Source of the DNA: Bugula neritina
Lineage: Eukaryota > Animalia > Bryozoa
Direction of reading: 5' to 3'
Assembly (NCBI GenBank): GCA_964035545.1
Contig: OZ037767.1
Span: 23,018,628 to 23,082,627 of the forward strand
DNA length: 64,000 nt
In this document: positions 25,301 through 35,900 of the stretch, piece by piece
Layout of the letters: each line of letters starts with the position of its first letter
How positions within the stretch are numbered: position 1 is the first letter of the stretch
Made by a program: the position numbers and the translations under genes
The notes under the pieces: generated by a model
The model's input: only the letters and a program-made list of their open reading frames with translations
Told to the model about the DNA's origin: nothing
Databases searched by the model: none

Positions 25301-28300
25301 AGCCGAGTATGCACAAAGCCATGCAGATGAATTCACTTACCATTGATTAGCTGTTTGTTTAGAATATCGGCTGCAATGACATCTACCTCTTGGTCACAAG
25401 TGCTCACTTTATACAATGTGTCAATGGAGCGATTTACTGTGCCAGTAGTATTACTAGTCCCAGATAATGACAATGTTTCATCACCTATTGAAACCACACA
25501 ACACTGTTGGTAGAGAACTCATACTTATGCATCAGTTTAATCACTTTGTTAAAACAAGAGGCAGAACATTACAGGAGGCAAGGATGTCTTTGAGGCGAGT
25601 GTTCTTCTGACACTTGACGACACCATGGTGATTTTTGGCGCACACTTTGTTCATATGTGGCCATTTTTTACAAATATTCTGAACTAGGTCTTGATGGATT
25701 TTAGGTCCAGATATGCACATGGGTTTCATGAGAGGTCAACGGAAAACTTTTTGCCAATAATTACAAGATTACCAATTACCAACAGTGTCACCTTGCCAAC
25801 TTACTACTTATGTTTAGCCATATAATTAGTCAGCGTACCACAAACTATACTTTTAGCTGATACATATCGAATGATTCTACAGCGTAAAATGTAGAATCAC
25901 ACAAATTAGCATATCTATTTTCAAAGTACACATCTAAATCATTCCTATAAGCTGCTTTATCACCAACTTCAAACTCTCTGGTTGCTAAGCTAATGGGTGA
26001 TTTACCTTCAGCTTGCTGCTGATTGCTGTCACTGACTGCTTTCCTTTTCACATGAGCCGACACATTGATGAAGTTCATCCCGTAAAGATTGTAGTCGATG
26101 AAAAACTGTAAGTTTAAAAATTAGTCAGTTTCATTATAAAGTATGAAGAAACACTAGGTAAACGCATTGCAAAAAGAATTTTAGCATAAACACTTTGTTC
26201 CCATTGCATCGGGATGGATTTGAAAGAATAGATTTGTGGTTGTGGTTTGCATGAACTTACGGTTGTGATTTCATTTGATGCAACTGTTCCCAAACATCAA
26301 ATAAACAAATGCATTAGATAATGCAAAGCAATGAGAACATAGTGAAAGTAGCTGAAAAATCAGCTTCAATTTTGTTTAACATCATTATATGTATTATATT
26401 ATATATATTATTAGCATATGAAACAAAGATGAAGAATGTAGAAGTCAGCAATATTTGATGAATATTGGCAGCACACACAAACCTGTAGAATGAATGGAAT
26501 ATGTGTTTCGTGAGGTTGGAAGCTTCTTCCCATAATGGCTCCACCCAGCAGTAGATCCGACAGTCTATCCAACAGAATGTTCAGACAATTATAAAATTAT
26601 TTCGGCCAACATACTCATTGTATATCAATACCTCTTCATTATGTCATTAATATGCTTAACAAAGTGGTAACAAATTGTAATATAAAAATAAAGTTTTTTG
26701 TAAAGCAGGTTGATTCAGAAGTACAAGGTGTAGAAGCTAAGTTGAGAATACAGTGTATAGTCTGGCTAGCTAAAACTTCAGCTAGAGTTGACATGAACTT
26801 TACCACTAACAACCAAGTATGTCATAAAAGCTTTTTTTAACCAATCTGTCCTTTATTTAACATAGATATTTGGTTGATCAAAACATGCAATATTTCAACA
26901 TTATATTTTATTTCTGGCAATCTTCTGGACTAATGGTACATACCTAGAAATAAGCAAAGCATTGTAGATATATATCTTCAAGAACACCTTTGCTTTATGA
27001 TGAAATCCATAGTAAGGTCTACAAGCAAAATATAAGCAAAACACATCAATTCTGGTGTAAAGCATGGTTATTATAATTCCATGTAATAATGGTTGAACAA
27101 CCAATTAAGTAACAAAGCCTCAAAAAAGAATAAAATGATATATATAAACAAAGAGACAACAGCTGTTAAATAATCAGTGGTATGATTGTGGAAAAAGCAA
27201 TAACATGGTATAAATTAGTTGGATGCACCATACCATATTCGTCATTATAATCCAAATGCATAGCTATATTCAACAATTGCGATGTAAAAGCTTAAAAAAA
27301 CACATCAATAAGGCCGTGGTTATGAGGTTAAGAGAAAGATCTGAGAGAGATGGCAGGAATGATATGGCAGCCAATTCAACTTAGAAGATGGGCATGAATC
27401 ATGCATCTAGCTTGCACAGAGCATGTATGAAAAGAACAACGTATGAATAACATGTACAAGACAAATAGAAATATATAGAACAGTGGAAATGTAATTAGAA
27501 CTGGAGCATCACTCTGTGCTTAATTTGTTTCTGTTTTTGGCCATTATCAGCTTCATAACTACTAAAGAGACTCAAAGAAATGAGGTAAAAAGACATTCTG
27601 TTTGTGAAGGGTTGGATGAAGGACATCAGTGGAAGATTAAAATTTAAGGCTAATAGATAAAAGAAGCTGAGTATTCGAGTTTTACAACAGAAAAGAAGGA
27701 TTCATAGAAGCTAGCATTTCAAGAAAAGAAAACAATTACAGGAAAAAATGGGCTGATATATTTAGGGGTACTAATTTAAATTAGGTATGAAGGTATGGAA
27801 GAAAATTGTATGGCGTGAGGCCAATGGGAGCAGAAACTCAAACAAAAATAAAACAAACTACAAGTGGATGAAAATTCTGCAACAAGAATAAAGACTGAAA
27901 AGTTAGACAGAAACAGAAATAACAATCTTAGAAGCAATAAAAGTAGGAGAGCTATAAAGAAATGGGTGGAAAGATGTTAAGCAAGAATGCATTTAGTGAA
28001 GCTAATCTATGCTTTAATCTTACTAAAAGAGATTGCAGCCTAAATTTGATATCAAAGTATAAAAATAGTGGACGGGTGTTTTCTTCCACAAGCATAGCTA
28101 GTACTCACACGCCATGAACAACGTTGATACTGAAGACGTGTTGAGTGTACGAGTCAGGTCTACCCAGTGATATGTTCAAGGCACGGTCAATAGCGTGAGT
28201 CAGCCTCTGGAGGTACAGATCGTCTGGCTCAAACTCCAATGGAATGTATATATATGGAAAGACACCATGAACATGCATGCACATTCGCTTTCCTAAAATC

Positions 28301-28707
28301 ATACATAAACTCTAATGCACATCTGTTCCAGGTAGATAAAAGTCTGAAATTTAAAGCTTGAAGATAAGTTTTTTCTAGCTTTTCATCAGCAATTTAACAT
28401 CTCTATCACTTGCTTTGAAAATAGTAGCTACACGTCTTGAATAGTATATTACATGAAATACTGGTAAAAAAATTTCAATACAGCAAAGCACTCATAATTT
28501 ATTCATGAACTAAAAAATCCATGAAAAGATCTTTTCAATACCTTCACAGGTTACTCCAAACAAATGTAGCACAGGCACTCTCCGAGTGCTTGTCTTTCTA
28601 AATGATGAAAAGGTGGCATCTAAACCAGAAACTGGTTTCTCCAAAGAATTTTCTGTAGTTATAATTCTCATAGACAAAACCTTTGAGATCTCCTCATCCC
28701 CAGACAT
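469..28707 (-). CDS. REV3L: DNA polymerase zeta catalytic subunit, multi-exon, about 4,440 aa
   Basis: Hand-traced GT-AG exons with consistent phases, in transcript order: 28542-28707, 28109-28292, 26944-27018, 26483-26564, 26006-26105, 25341-25484, 24452-24562, 24161-24239, 23684-23841, 23161-23268, 22742-22907, 21884-22241, 21527-21657, 21309-21378, 14173-21186, 13931-14072, 13253-13405, 12465-12856, 11927-12136, 11370-11522, 10809-11277, 10530-10593, 10219-10278, 9235-9506, 8146-8365, 7753-7978, 7438-7568, 6885-7123, 6536-6689, 5957-6094, 5228-5405, 4788-4897, 4256-4370, 3208-3345, 2643-2833, 1993-2184, 1726-1822, 1147-1311, 469-624. REV3-diagnostic motifs: CMHVHGVFPYIY, HETHIPFILQFFIDYNLYGMN, NPGLLALWEDEK, VLDFQSLYPSIMIAYNYCFSTCLG, RQLGLKLIANVTFGY, YGDTDS, CVLQTKKRY, C-terminal CysA and CysB. 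Small exons in the disordered middle are less certain. Confidence 0.96.
1726..9506 (-). CDS. REV3L: REV3L exonuclease-like and B-family polymerase domain exons
   Basis: MSLELHVNTR, HDPDLLVGWEVHKLSWGYL, GTQYKVESMMLRIAKP, DFQSLYPS, KLIANVTFGY, YGDTDS (split across exons 4788/4370), KKRY, DAKGIETVRRD, GERVPYVIV. Confidence 0.96.
2913..2980. repeat. (ATTAC/ATCAC/ATTAT)n pentamer microsatellite
   Basis: Visible imperfect pentamer run. Confidence 0.75.
3360..4230. repeat. 21-bp minisatellite (GTGTGTAGTATATACTAG(T/A)CA), about 41 copies
   Basis: Directly visible tandem array filling nearly all of REV3L intron 3346-4255. Confidence 0.97.
4937..5145 (+). mobile_element. tRNA-derived SINE, second and more diverged copy
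   Basis: Colinear with 24588-24801, sharing cacgaggtcatgggttcg, ccagtaaaga(c/t)cattggt, gttaggaagagcatccag, taattgctcctgtg, cacagggata..gactataaactt. Confidence 0.82.
6251..6370 (+). repeat. Dispersed repeat fragment (copy A)
   Basis: tgtttggaaacagttgcatcgaatgaaactacaatcataagttcatgcaaactacaactacaaat matches the reverse complement of 26186-26296. Confidence 0.75.
8490..9078. repeat. 22-bp minisatellite (CTACTACTACAACATATAGAT(T/G)), about 26 copies
   Basis: Directly visible tandem array in REV3L intron 8366-9234. Confidence 0.96.
10920..11235 (-). repeat. Coding 30-bp tandem repeat (SAEVDMQQAA-type decapeptide, about 10 copies) within a REV3L exon
   Basis: Plus-strand unit gcatatctacttctgcactagctgcct(g/t)ct; translated in ORF 10765..11283. 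Confidence 0.93.
14173..21186 (-). CDS. REV3L: REV3L giant internal exon (7,014 nt, 2,338 codons, Ser/Lys/Pro-rich, likely disordered)
   Basis: Uninterrupted ORF 14113..21111 in the track. Acceptor ttttgctttag|ATTGAA at 21186, donor GCTCAG|gtgagt at 14173, phase 0 on both sides and in frame with the neighbouring exons. Occupies the position of the large central exon of vertebrate REV3L, just after the PQLDG exon. Confidence 0.85.
17150..17330 (-). repeat. Coding 21-bp degenerate repeat (I[AS]PKPxx heptapeptide, about 9 copies)
   Basis: VSPKPSSISPNPTSIALKTSLISPKSIHISPKPTTIAPKPASIAPKPPTIAPKPPSIALKS in the giant exon. Confidence 0.85.
24452..28707 (-). CDS. REV3L: REV3L N-terminal domain exons (1-7)
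   Basis: MSGDEEISKVLSMRIIT..VPVLHLFGVTCEG|KRMCMHVHGVFPYIYIP..PYYGFH..FLKIYIYN..STCDQEVDVIAADILN..GTNPGLLALWEDEKKR matches the REV3 N-terminal domain. Confidence 0.93.
24588..24801 (-). mobile_element. tRNA-derived SINE, copy with intact TSD
   Basis: Minus strand reads gggagcagccgtggtctaggggttag (A-box-like)..ggttcggaccc (B-box-like)..ggtgatgttaggaagagcatccagg..; 17-bp TSD TAATATAGTCTTGTAAA at 24571-24587 and 24802-24818; homologous to 4937-5145. Confidence 0.85.
26186..26296 (-). repeat. Dispersed repeat fragment (copy B)
   Basis: Minus strand reads tgtttgggaacagttgcatcaaatgaaatcacaaccgtaagttcatgcaaaccacaaccacaaat. Confidence 0.75.
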
Positions 28708-28720
28708 ATTGTATCAACAT
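28694..28720 (-). promoter_or_regulatory. Out-of-frame uORF overlapping the REV3L start codon (MLIQYVWG*)
   Basis: ATG at 28720 lies 13 nt upstream of the main ATG (28707), inside the same exon (acceptor ttttatcag| at 28734), and stops at TGA 28696-28694. Confidence 0.7.
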
Positions 28721-30436
28721 TTATCACCACAAGTCTGATAAAATAAAAAGCAAAAAGTTATTTTCCACTAAACTGAACATGTAGCTACCAAACAACACAA
28801 TTCAGAGAGGCAATAAAATTTCAAGTGAACACTAGATACAATAACATGACCAAGTACTTGCATGTTCTTTATAAATTAAAATGATGAGAGTAGGAGTTGA
28901 TTTAAGCTATTGATTGACTGGACAATCTTTGCCTGAAATGAAAATCGAACTATTGACTTGACTTTCCAAGGCTTTGACCTAGTTCTGATAGCATGTAATG
29001 CTAATGAGTACATTATCAAATTAAATCAAATAGAAATACTACTCTACAATACATGCTAATGAGTATGCTGTTAAATTAAATTAAAACAATGATCATTTTG
29101 CACTGTAATTGTACATGATATCAGGGCAACTATTACAGCAGTACAACTACCTTGCTACAAATAATTAGGTTTGTTGATAAAATAAGAACTGTGATTGAAT
29201 ATAAAAAAATGAATGATTCAACATGAAGAATAATATAAGAAAAAGCATAGCATATGTGGGGTAATGGCTAAAGCAAGCTAAATGGAAATTCTTTGAATTA
29301 AGTAAACTTTCCAAAAATAAACCAAATATGTCCCTACAACTATAGTATCACAGGCTATTATGCAAATAATTATAATTCATCAAAATAACTACTGTAAAAA
29401 TTAAATATTAAATTATAATTCAGACAACTATGGGCTATAAACAATCAACCAAGATCTTAACCACTATAATAATCAGCATCATTTAAACTATGACAGACTA
29501 CCAGTATGTTTGATAGAGCCATTGGTGTTACTGCTGCTCAATATCATAAACCATTAAAAAAATATAATTATCATGATTTTCATAATCATCACACGATTCA
29601 TGGCTGTAGCACATTGGCTATCATTTTTCAGAAGCCTATAAATTGAACTACAAAGCACAAGAGTCACTAAGAACAACTTTAAGACTATTGGTATTACTAT
29701 TTCTCTATTAGTATAAGTATCATTACTAATAAGTAATACTACAATACCAATATGTATGTGAATATCAATCTAGTTAGTAATATCCCTAGAATTATATAGA
29801 AGAATGAAAATAATTCATTATATGATATATGTATATACTCATACTGTCTATACTCACATTGTCTATTGATATTCCCATTATCACCCATATTAAAATTCTA
29901 TATTAAAATTTAGTTTTATACTTTTACTTTTAGGTTTTAAAATCACCTTGATATTCTTAAATTCTTATACTTAAAATTATACGTATGGTGATACTGATGG
30001 TTATCAATATTAAATTTATTATTCGTATTGACAATAAGAATAATTTTATATAAAACTAAAATTAAGAAATGAAATATAAATGAAATTCAATGAATTTGAT
30101 GAATTGATCAATTTGAATATGAGTGGTTAATTGTGAATAATTATTTATGAATCAATTTCAAATTTGTATTAACTATAAAAAGTATCATCCCAACTTAAAC
30201 TAAATATAAAATCAAATCAAATATGTGATGATCATTAAGCCTATGCTAATGTATATTCATAATCATATTGATGCTGATATTTAATAATTCATGCTGGAAG
30301 TGGAATACTAATCTGTAATCACTTCTAAAGTTCTAATGTAAATGTAATTCAAATATTAATAACTTGAATCACGAATACAAATTGAACATCAATATCAATA
30401 CGGATATCAATATTAAATTGACAATAATTCACTTAC

Positions 30437-32022
30437 AACAAGTATCACAATGCCAATTGTACTACTACTTTTATTTTTAAACTTCCCCTTCAACTCAAGA
30501 CACTAACAGTAACAGGCTCGGACGTCCGAAATTTAAAGTGAAAGTGATGAAACTGAGTCTGATAGTCGAGGTTGATTAGTATCTATTATTATTAAAATTG
30601 AAATTATTTAATTACATATTTCTAAAATAAAATATAAAAGTGTTAACAATCATAATCATTATTTTATTAATCATTTATTTTTAATATTTTTAAAATTAAA
30701 TTTCAATTTAAATTAAAATATAAATTAGGTATCAACACTTTCATTATGATTATGATTAAATTCAATATTTAAAATAAAAATTAATAGTAATAGTAATACT
30801 AATACTAATAGTAATACTAATACTAATAGTAATACTTATACTAATACTAATAGTTAAAACTTAAATTCAAATAATTTATCAATATTAATAATAATATTAT
30901 AATTATTCTACAAAGAAATACAGAAGTTCTAAAAGGAGAATTGCAAGAAATAGTACTATTTACCAAAACAAAAATTAAGAAATTATCAAAGTATTTTTTA
31001 TATTGGAATGGTTATTAAAATTGAAACCAATACAGTTAGTTACAGAGATATTATACTCATATTGATGTACACAGAGTCAGATGCCATCTTTCATGTTGAT
31101 ATATGTAACACGGCGCTTGATTGGTTTAATTTCGCAGCTGCAAAATTCACGTGAAAGCTATGCACGCATTAGTCTAATAGAAGTTGTGTCCTCGATGCCA
31201 TCACTTCGAACCATTACAACTAACTTATCTTTATACAGTGAGCCATATGTAATTTTAGGCCTTTGGTAATTAAATAAGCCATTTAGATGGCACTGTGGCT
31301 GTACTCATGAGACCGGACAATTGTTATCGAATTCCTCATAAGTTATTAGCTATAACATTTTAGACATTAGAGAGTTGCTTCAAAGCAATATGTGACCCAT
31401 TGAACTATAACTATGATTTCAGTTCAGTGATGTGACCCTAGGTATAGAGGTTTTAGTACCCTCTATGATATATGATTGTGGCTTGCATCTAACAATTTAA
31501 ATTAATACCATTTACCATTATATAAAACAATCGGTAAATTACAATTAAAATTTAATTTAACCTCTATATTTAACTTTGGACAAGTGCGAGACTTTACCAA
31601 TAGCCATCTGTTTGAAATTTTAAATACCCGCTGCAATATTTATTTATTGGGATTGTTTTCTTTTCTCTTTTCGTATTGACATTACCATAGCGAATAAATG
31701 AGCTCCGTTAATTAAGCTACGCCCAATGATACGCCCCCAAAAATATTTCACGTGGTACAAGCTCCTAGTGTTGCCGTCTGCAAAATTGCACAGTGAAGAC
31801 GGGCTAGTCTGCATTAGTTATTACAATTAGGTAATATCGGTAAAAGTGTCGCTTGTCAGGTTATCTCATTCTAATTATAGCTGCGATAACTTTACCAAAC
31901 ATAAAGCTAGACAAAAAAGTATTCTATAAGCCTGTAGGCTTTGGCTTGTTGCTCATTTAGTTTAACAACTTCAGTTAGCCGAACAGCTGCACTTGGCAAG
32001 TGGCTTACAGGTACTGTTGGAG
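30437..32022. promoter_or_regulatory. Putative divergent promoter region and non-coding first exons of REV3L and the MEGF6-like gene
   Basis: Both first coding exons begin with splice acceptors, so 5'UTR exons must lie between them. Candidate donors: gtaagt at 30436-30431 (minus) and GA|gtaagt near 32023 (plus). CACGTG at 31148 and 31749, CCAAT-like boxes near 31120 and 31723, palindrome tcggacgtccga near 30518. Confidence 0.45.
30782..30853. repeat. (TAATAG/TAATAC)n hexamer microsatellite
   Basis: Visible run inside the very AT-rich intergenic block. Confidence 0.85.
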
Positions 32023-32940
32023 TAAGTTTGACTTGTCTATCTCAGTTTTAGTTTCGCTTCAATTTTTTAATCCTATAATTTTTATTATGCTATTTTGTTG
32101 AAATTATATTATACACCTTGACCAGTTAGTATTATTATCGTACACGTAAAATATAAAGACCATTAGGGTTAATATTGAGTAATCATAATATTATTTAGCC
32201 TATATAATTATTGACTAGAACTAGAAGTTACATTAGCAATCTTAGCATGTTGATAACCACCACGAGTAAAATAATTACTACAAATTTATAGTAGTTATCA
32301 ATATTTACATTATCATTATATCAATGTTTTGTCGGCTAATTTGTAATTAGTTTTCAACAACTAGAAGGGACTTACTTGACTATTGATGACAAATTTATTG
32401 AATTTAACCTTAAAATTAGGCTAATTTATTAGCAGTCCTCTGATTTATTCAAACAGTCTTATGATTATATATAGCTTATTTTAGTATTGCTACTAAAAGT
32501 AAATATTTCCTTTATGTTAGCATTTAGTTGTGCTACAGTTGTATATGTATATTGGGCAACCTAGTATGGAAATTGATATTATAACCTGCAAGCTCTTAGT
32601 ACAAGAATAGTCCAACACCATTTGTGAGAGTCAATTTCACCACACTGTATTATGTTTTCTTAGTAATGAATTCCACTGAACTTGCTTATCAACCTGATTA
32701 TATATTTTTATTGAGAAAATCTCTTACTTGTTTACTCTTTAAATTTATTTTATTTTATATTTTCATATTTTAGACCAGATGGAAAATACAACCTCTTGGA
32801 TGATGTTTTGTTGATATTTTTCAAGTTTACTATGCCCATAAACACAAAAAAGTAACTGGGCTCTATTAAAAGTGAGAAAGGCAGGAAGAAAATTGTTTAA
32901 ACCTTACTTCTGGATATTAACAAGAAAGTCAGCAACAAAA

Positions 32941-35900
32941 ATGGATTTACAATTGAAAAATCAATTGCTTCAAGTAACCTTATGCTCAGCACTGCTTATC
33001 CTAACTAGATATGACGTTTTGGGGCAACAGACTGATGTGAATACTGGGCTATCTGTAGGCATGTAAGTAATTTACAAGCTTAGATTCTACTTGACAAATA
33101 CTACAACTGTTGCTCTTGGATTTGACTTATTGCAGCTTTCGCAGTTGCAGGGCCCTATTTTACTAATTTGCCATTTTATAGTGTTGAGTGTTGGCAAGCC
33201 AACACTCCAAATCAAAAGATAATAAATTGCTTATTTAAGCAGCAACAAAATTACAGCACTGTAGTTATGATGTGTTTTATGGCGTAGCTGATGCTTGTAG
33301 GCTACAGGTCTGGTATTTATGGTCCGTTAGACCACAGTATGCATGAGAGTCATCTGATTTGGCCTTGCCAAGTGCCACTTACTAAAGCAGTAAAATTTGC
33401 TCAGCAGGCTGATCTAGAAGCCAACAAATCATTGTCGCAATATTCTTATATACCAACTGAAGGCCCTACATTTATTGCTAATGCTCTCAGGCTAACTAAA
33501 TTTATTTAAGTTCTTATATATAGGTTCTGGGTGTTGTGTTGTGACTCCCCATTAGCCCCACTAGTGTAATAGTTAGTACTGTAGCTTGTAAGTTAAAAGT
33601 CTGAGAATCAATGCCAATTCAATGCCTGGAAGAGCAGAAGTTTTTACACTGGGTATCTACCTGGTGTCATCCTAGATATATGTTTCCCAATTAGACGCTA
33701 TTTATCAAAGGTTTTTTTCAAGTGGATTGCTGTAGTTTCTTCCCACTGACCCAATGGGTCTCATTTTTGAAGCAATAGTGTAGTGCGTCATGCATAACTT
33801 TGTTACATGATACACCTTAGTTATTTGAGTTGTGTGCAAATTCAAAACCGACCCTGATCTAACAGTCATTTGCAGTTTTCAAAACTAGCATGGCCTATAA
33901 CCCTCTCTCATCTACTAAATCAAAAAGTAAAAATTCAGAATAGAAGTTAAGCAGCCCTAAAGCTGGAAATTTGCATTAATAAAGTGTTTTGTCTGATAAT
34001 TTTCTGCCAATAACTGCAGTAGGATATTAGTTAAAATAGCACAAATTTTTAATGATTTTGATTCATAAAGATTGGCTATGGGCATATAGTCGTATAGCTT
34101 ATAAATGTTAATTTCGAACTGACTTGTTTTGGATAGTAAGTATAAGCTATTGAATAAATCTGTGAAGAGCTTTCCTGTATATATTATGTGGTCAGTTCTA
34201 AGGAAACAAACAATGTGTGTAAACACTGTTAGAGGTTTGTAATGAGATACCAGATTGTTTAGAAGCAAAACTTTTCTTTACATTGCTATAGTCTCTGGGC
34301 TTTATTACATGAAGCCGTTGGTGGTCAATTGCTCCAAGGATTTACTTTGATCTATTGCTAATTTATAGTAAGCTCATTGTCACCTAATTTTATAATTCCC
34401 ATTTATATTTTGTATAACTTCTCAACTGAAAGTTGTCATCACGAACTTCTTTGTGTAACATGGGAAGCTCTGTTTACAAAAACAATATAATTATGTTTAA
34501 CTAACTTTTATTCATGCTGCTGAATCATTGTAATTGTCAGCAGATACAGATAATTTCTTTCCAACCAGTAAAAATTGATGTGCAGTACTGTTTGGCCATC
34601 TAATTTTTGAGATCAGTCTTAATCCGGAGAACTCAATATATGTCTGTTGTGGAGTATTAGACAATGTTTTAAACAGCAGTGCAGCTGCAGAGATATTCTC
34701 AGCTCACTTGGATGAAATATTCCCTAATAATGCTTCATCTATCCTGATTTTGGACAGAGTGCATCCTAATGAATATAGCAGCTGGTTATCATGTGCATGT
34801 TAAATGTAATTCAAGTACAATTTTGATTTGGTTTGTCATCTGTCTATGATTTCTTTTGAAAGAAGGGAAGGTAAAGGAGTGACTCTTTTCTACAGCCAAT
34901 GCTAGTAGTAATCATAATTGTCCAGCCTAAACACATTGTTTAGGTTGGGGATATTGCATAAATTAAGCTATTTCATCGCGATAGCTTTGTGAATGGGAAA
35001 CGCTAATTTTGTGTGCTATCTTATCTAGTATGAATACATGCCCGCGATTAGAAGAGGCTAGCAGCTTTAAAATATATGGCTTACTCTACTAACTAACTCT
35101 GCAAAATTTCAGAGAGAAAAACAGTTTATGCGATTGCAGAGGGATTAACTGTAACTGTGTGAGTGATTAACTGTGAGTGGTTAACTGTGAGTGACTCTGT
35201 GAGTGAGTAGCTGCAAGTTTGCTGTCCTGTGATACGTACTGCTTATTCTAGCAAACTTTTCTTTGCTTTATAATATATCGTTGTGGTGTATGGCCCAGCC
35301 TTTTGACTAATAATAGGCATGGTGATTATTACTGAAAATTCAAGTTGCAAAGGCCTTTCATTGATCAGATGTGCAATTTAGGCATGAACCAGATTAGCTC
35401 TTTTCTTTCAAATACTCAAGTATAGCCAGGACTGTGTTGTTAAATCACTGGCTGGGGAAAATTAATGACTCCCAAAGACACGATCTTAATTGTTTTATAT
35501 ACTGTAATGCAATAAATAAATATGGCTGTTGTGGCCTATTACAAAAACCCCCAGGCTACCATTATAGTGCGATGCTTGCTTCGAATATATACTTGTAAGC
35601 AAAATTTGAACTTATCATTAGCTACCTGTCATTATCTACCTAATAAAATAAGATTCGGCAAATGGCTTTTAACTATAGAGAAATGTCTAGTGCTTTCAAA
35701 ATAAAACAGACTACCCTGTCATAAAAATATCTTAACTGAGTAGGCTAACTATAGTTCAAAAAATAATTTATATTTTCTGTGGATTGCTTTTTGGAAAACA
35801 CTTGCCTAGTATATGTGTATATTACCAGTATGTTGTTCTATTCTGCACAGCCAGCTAAAAACAAGCAAAGTGGGAAATTTAGCCTAGCGTCTAACTGGGA

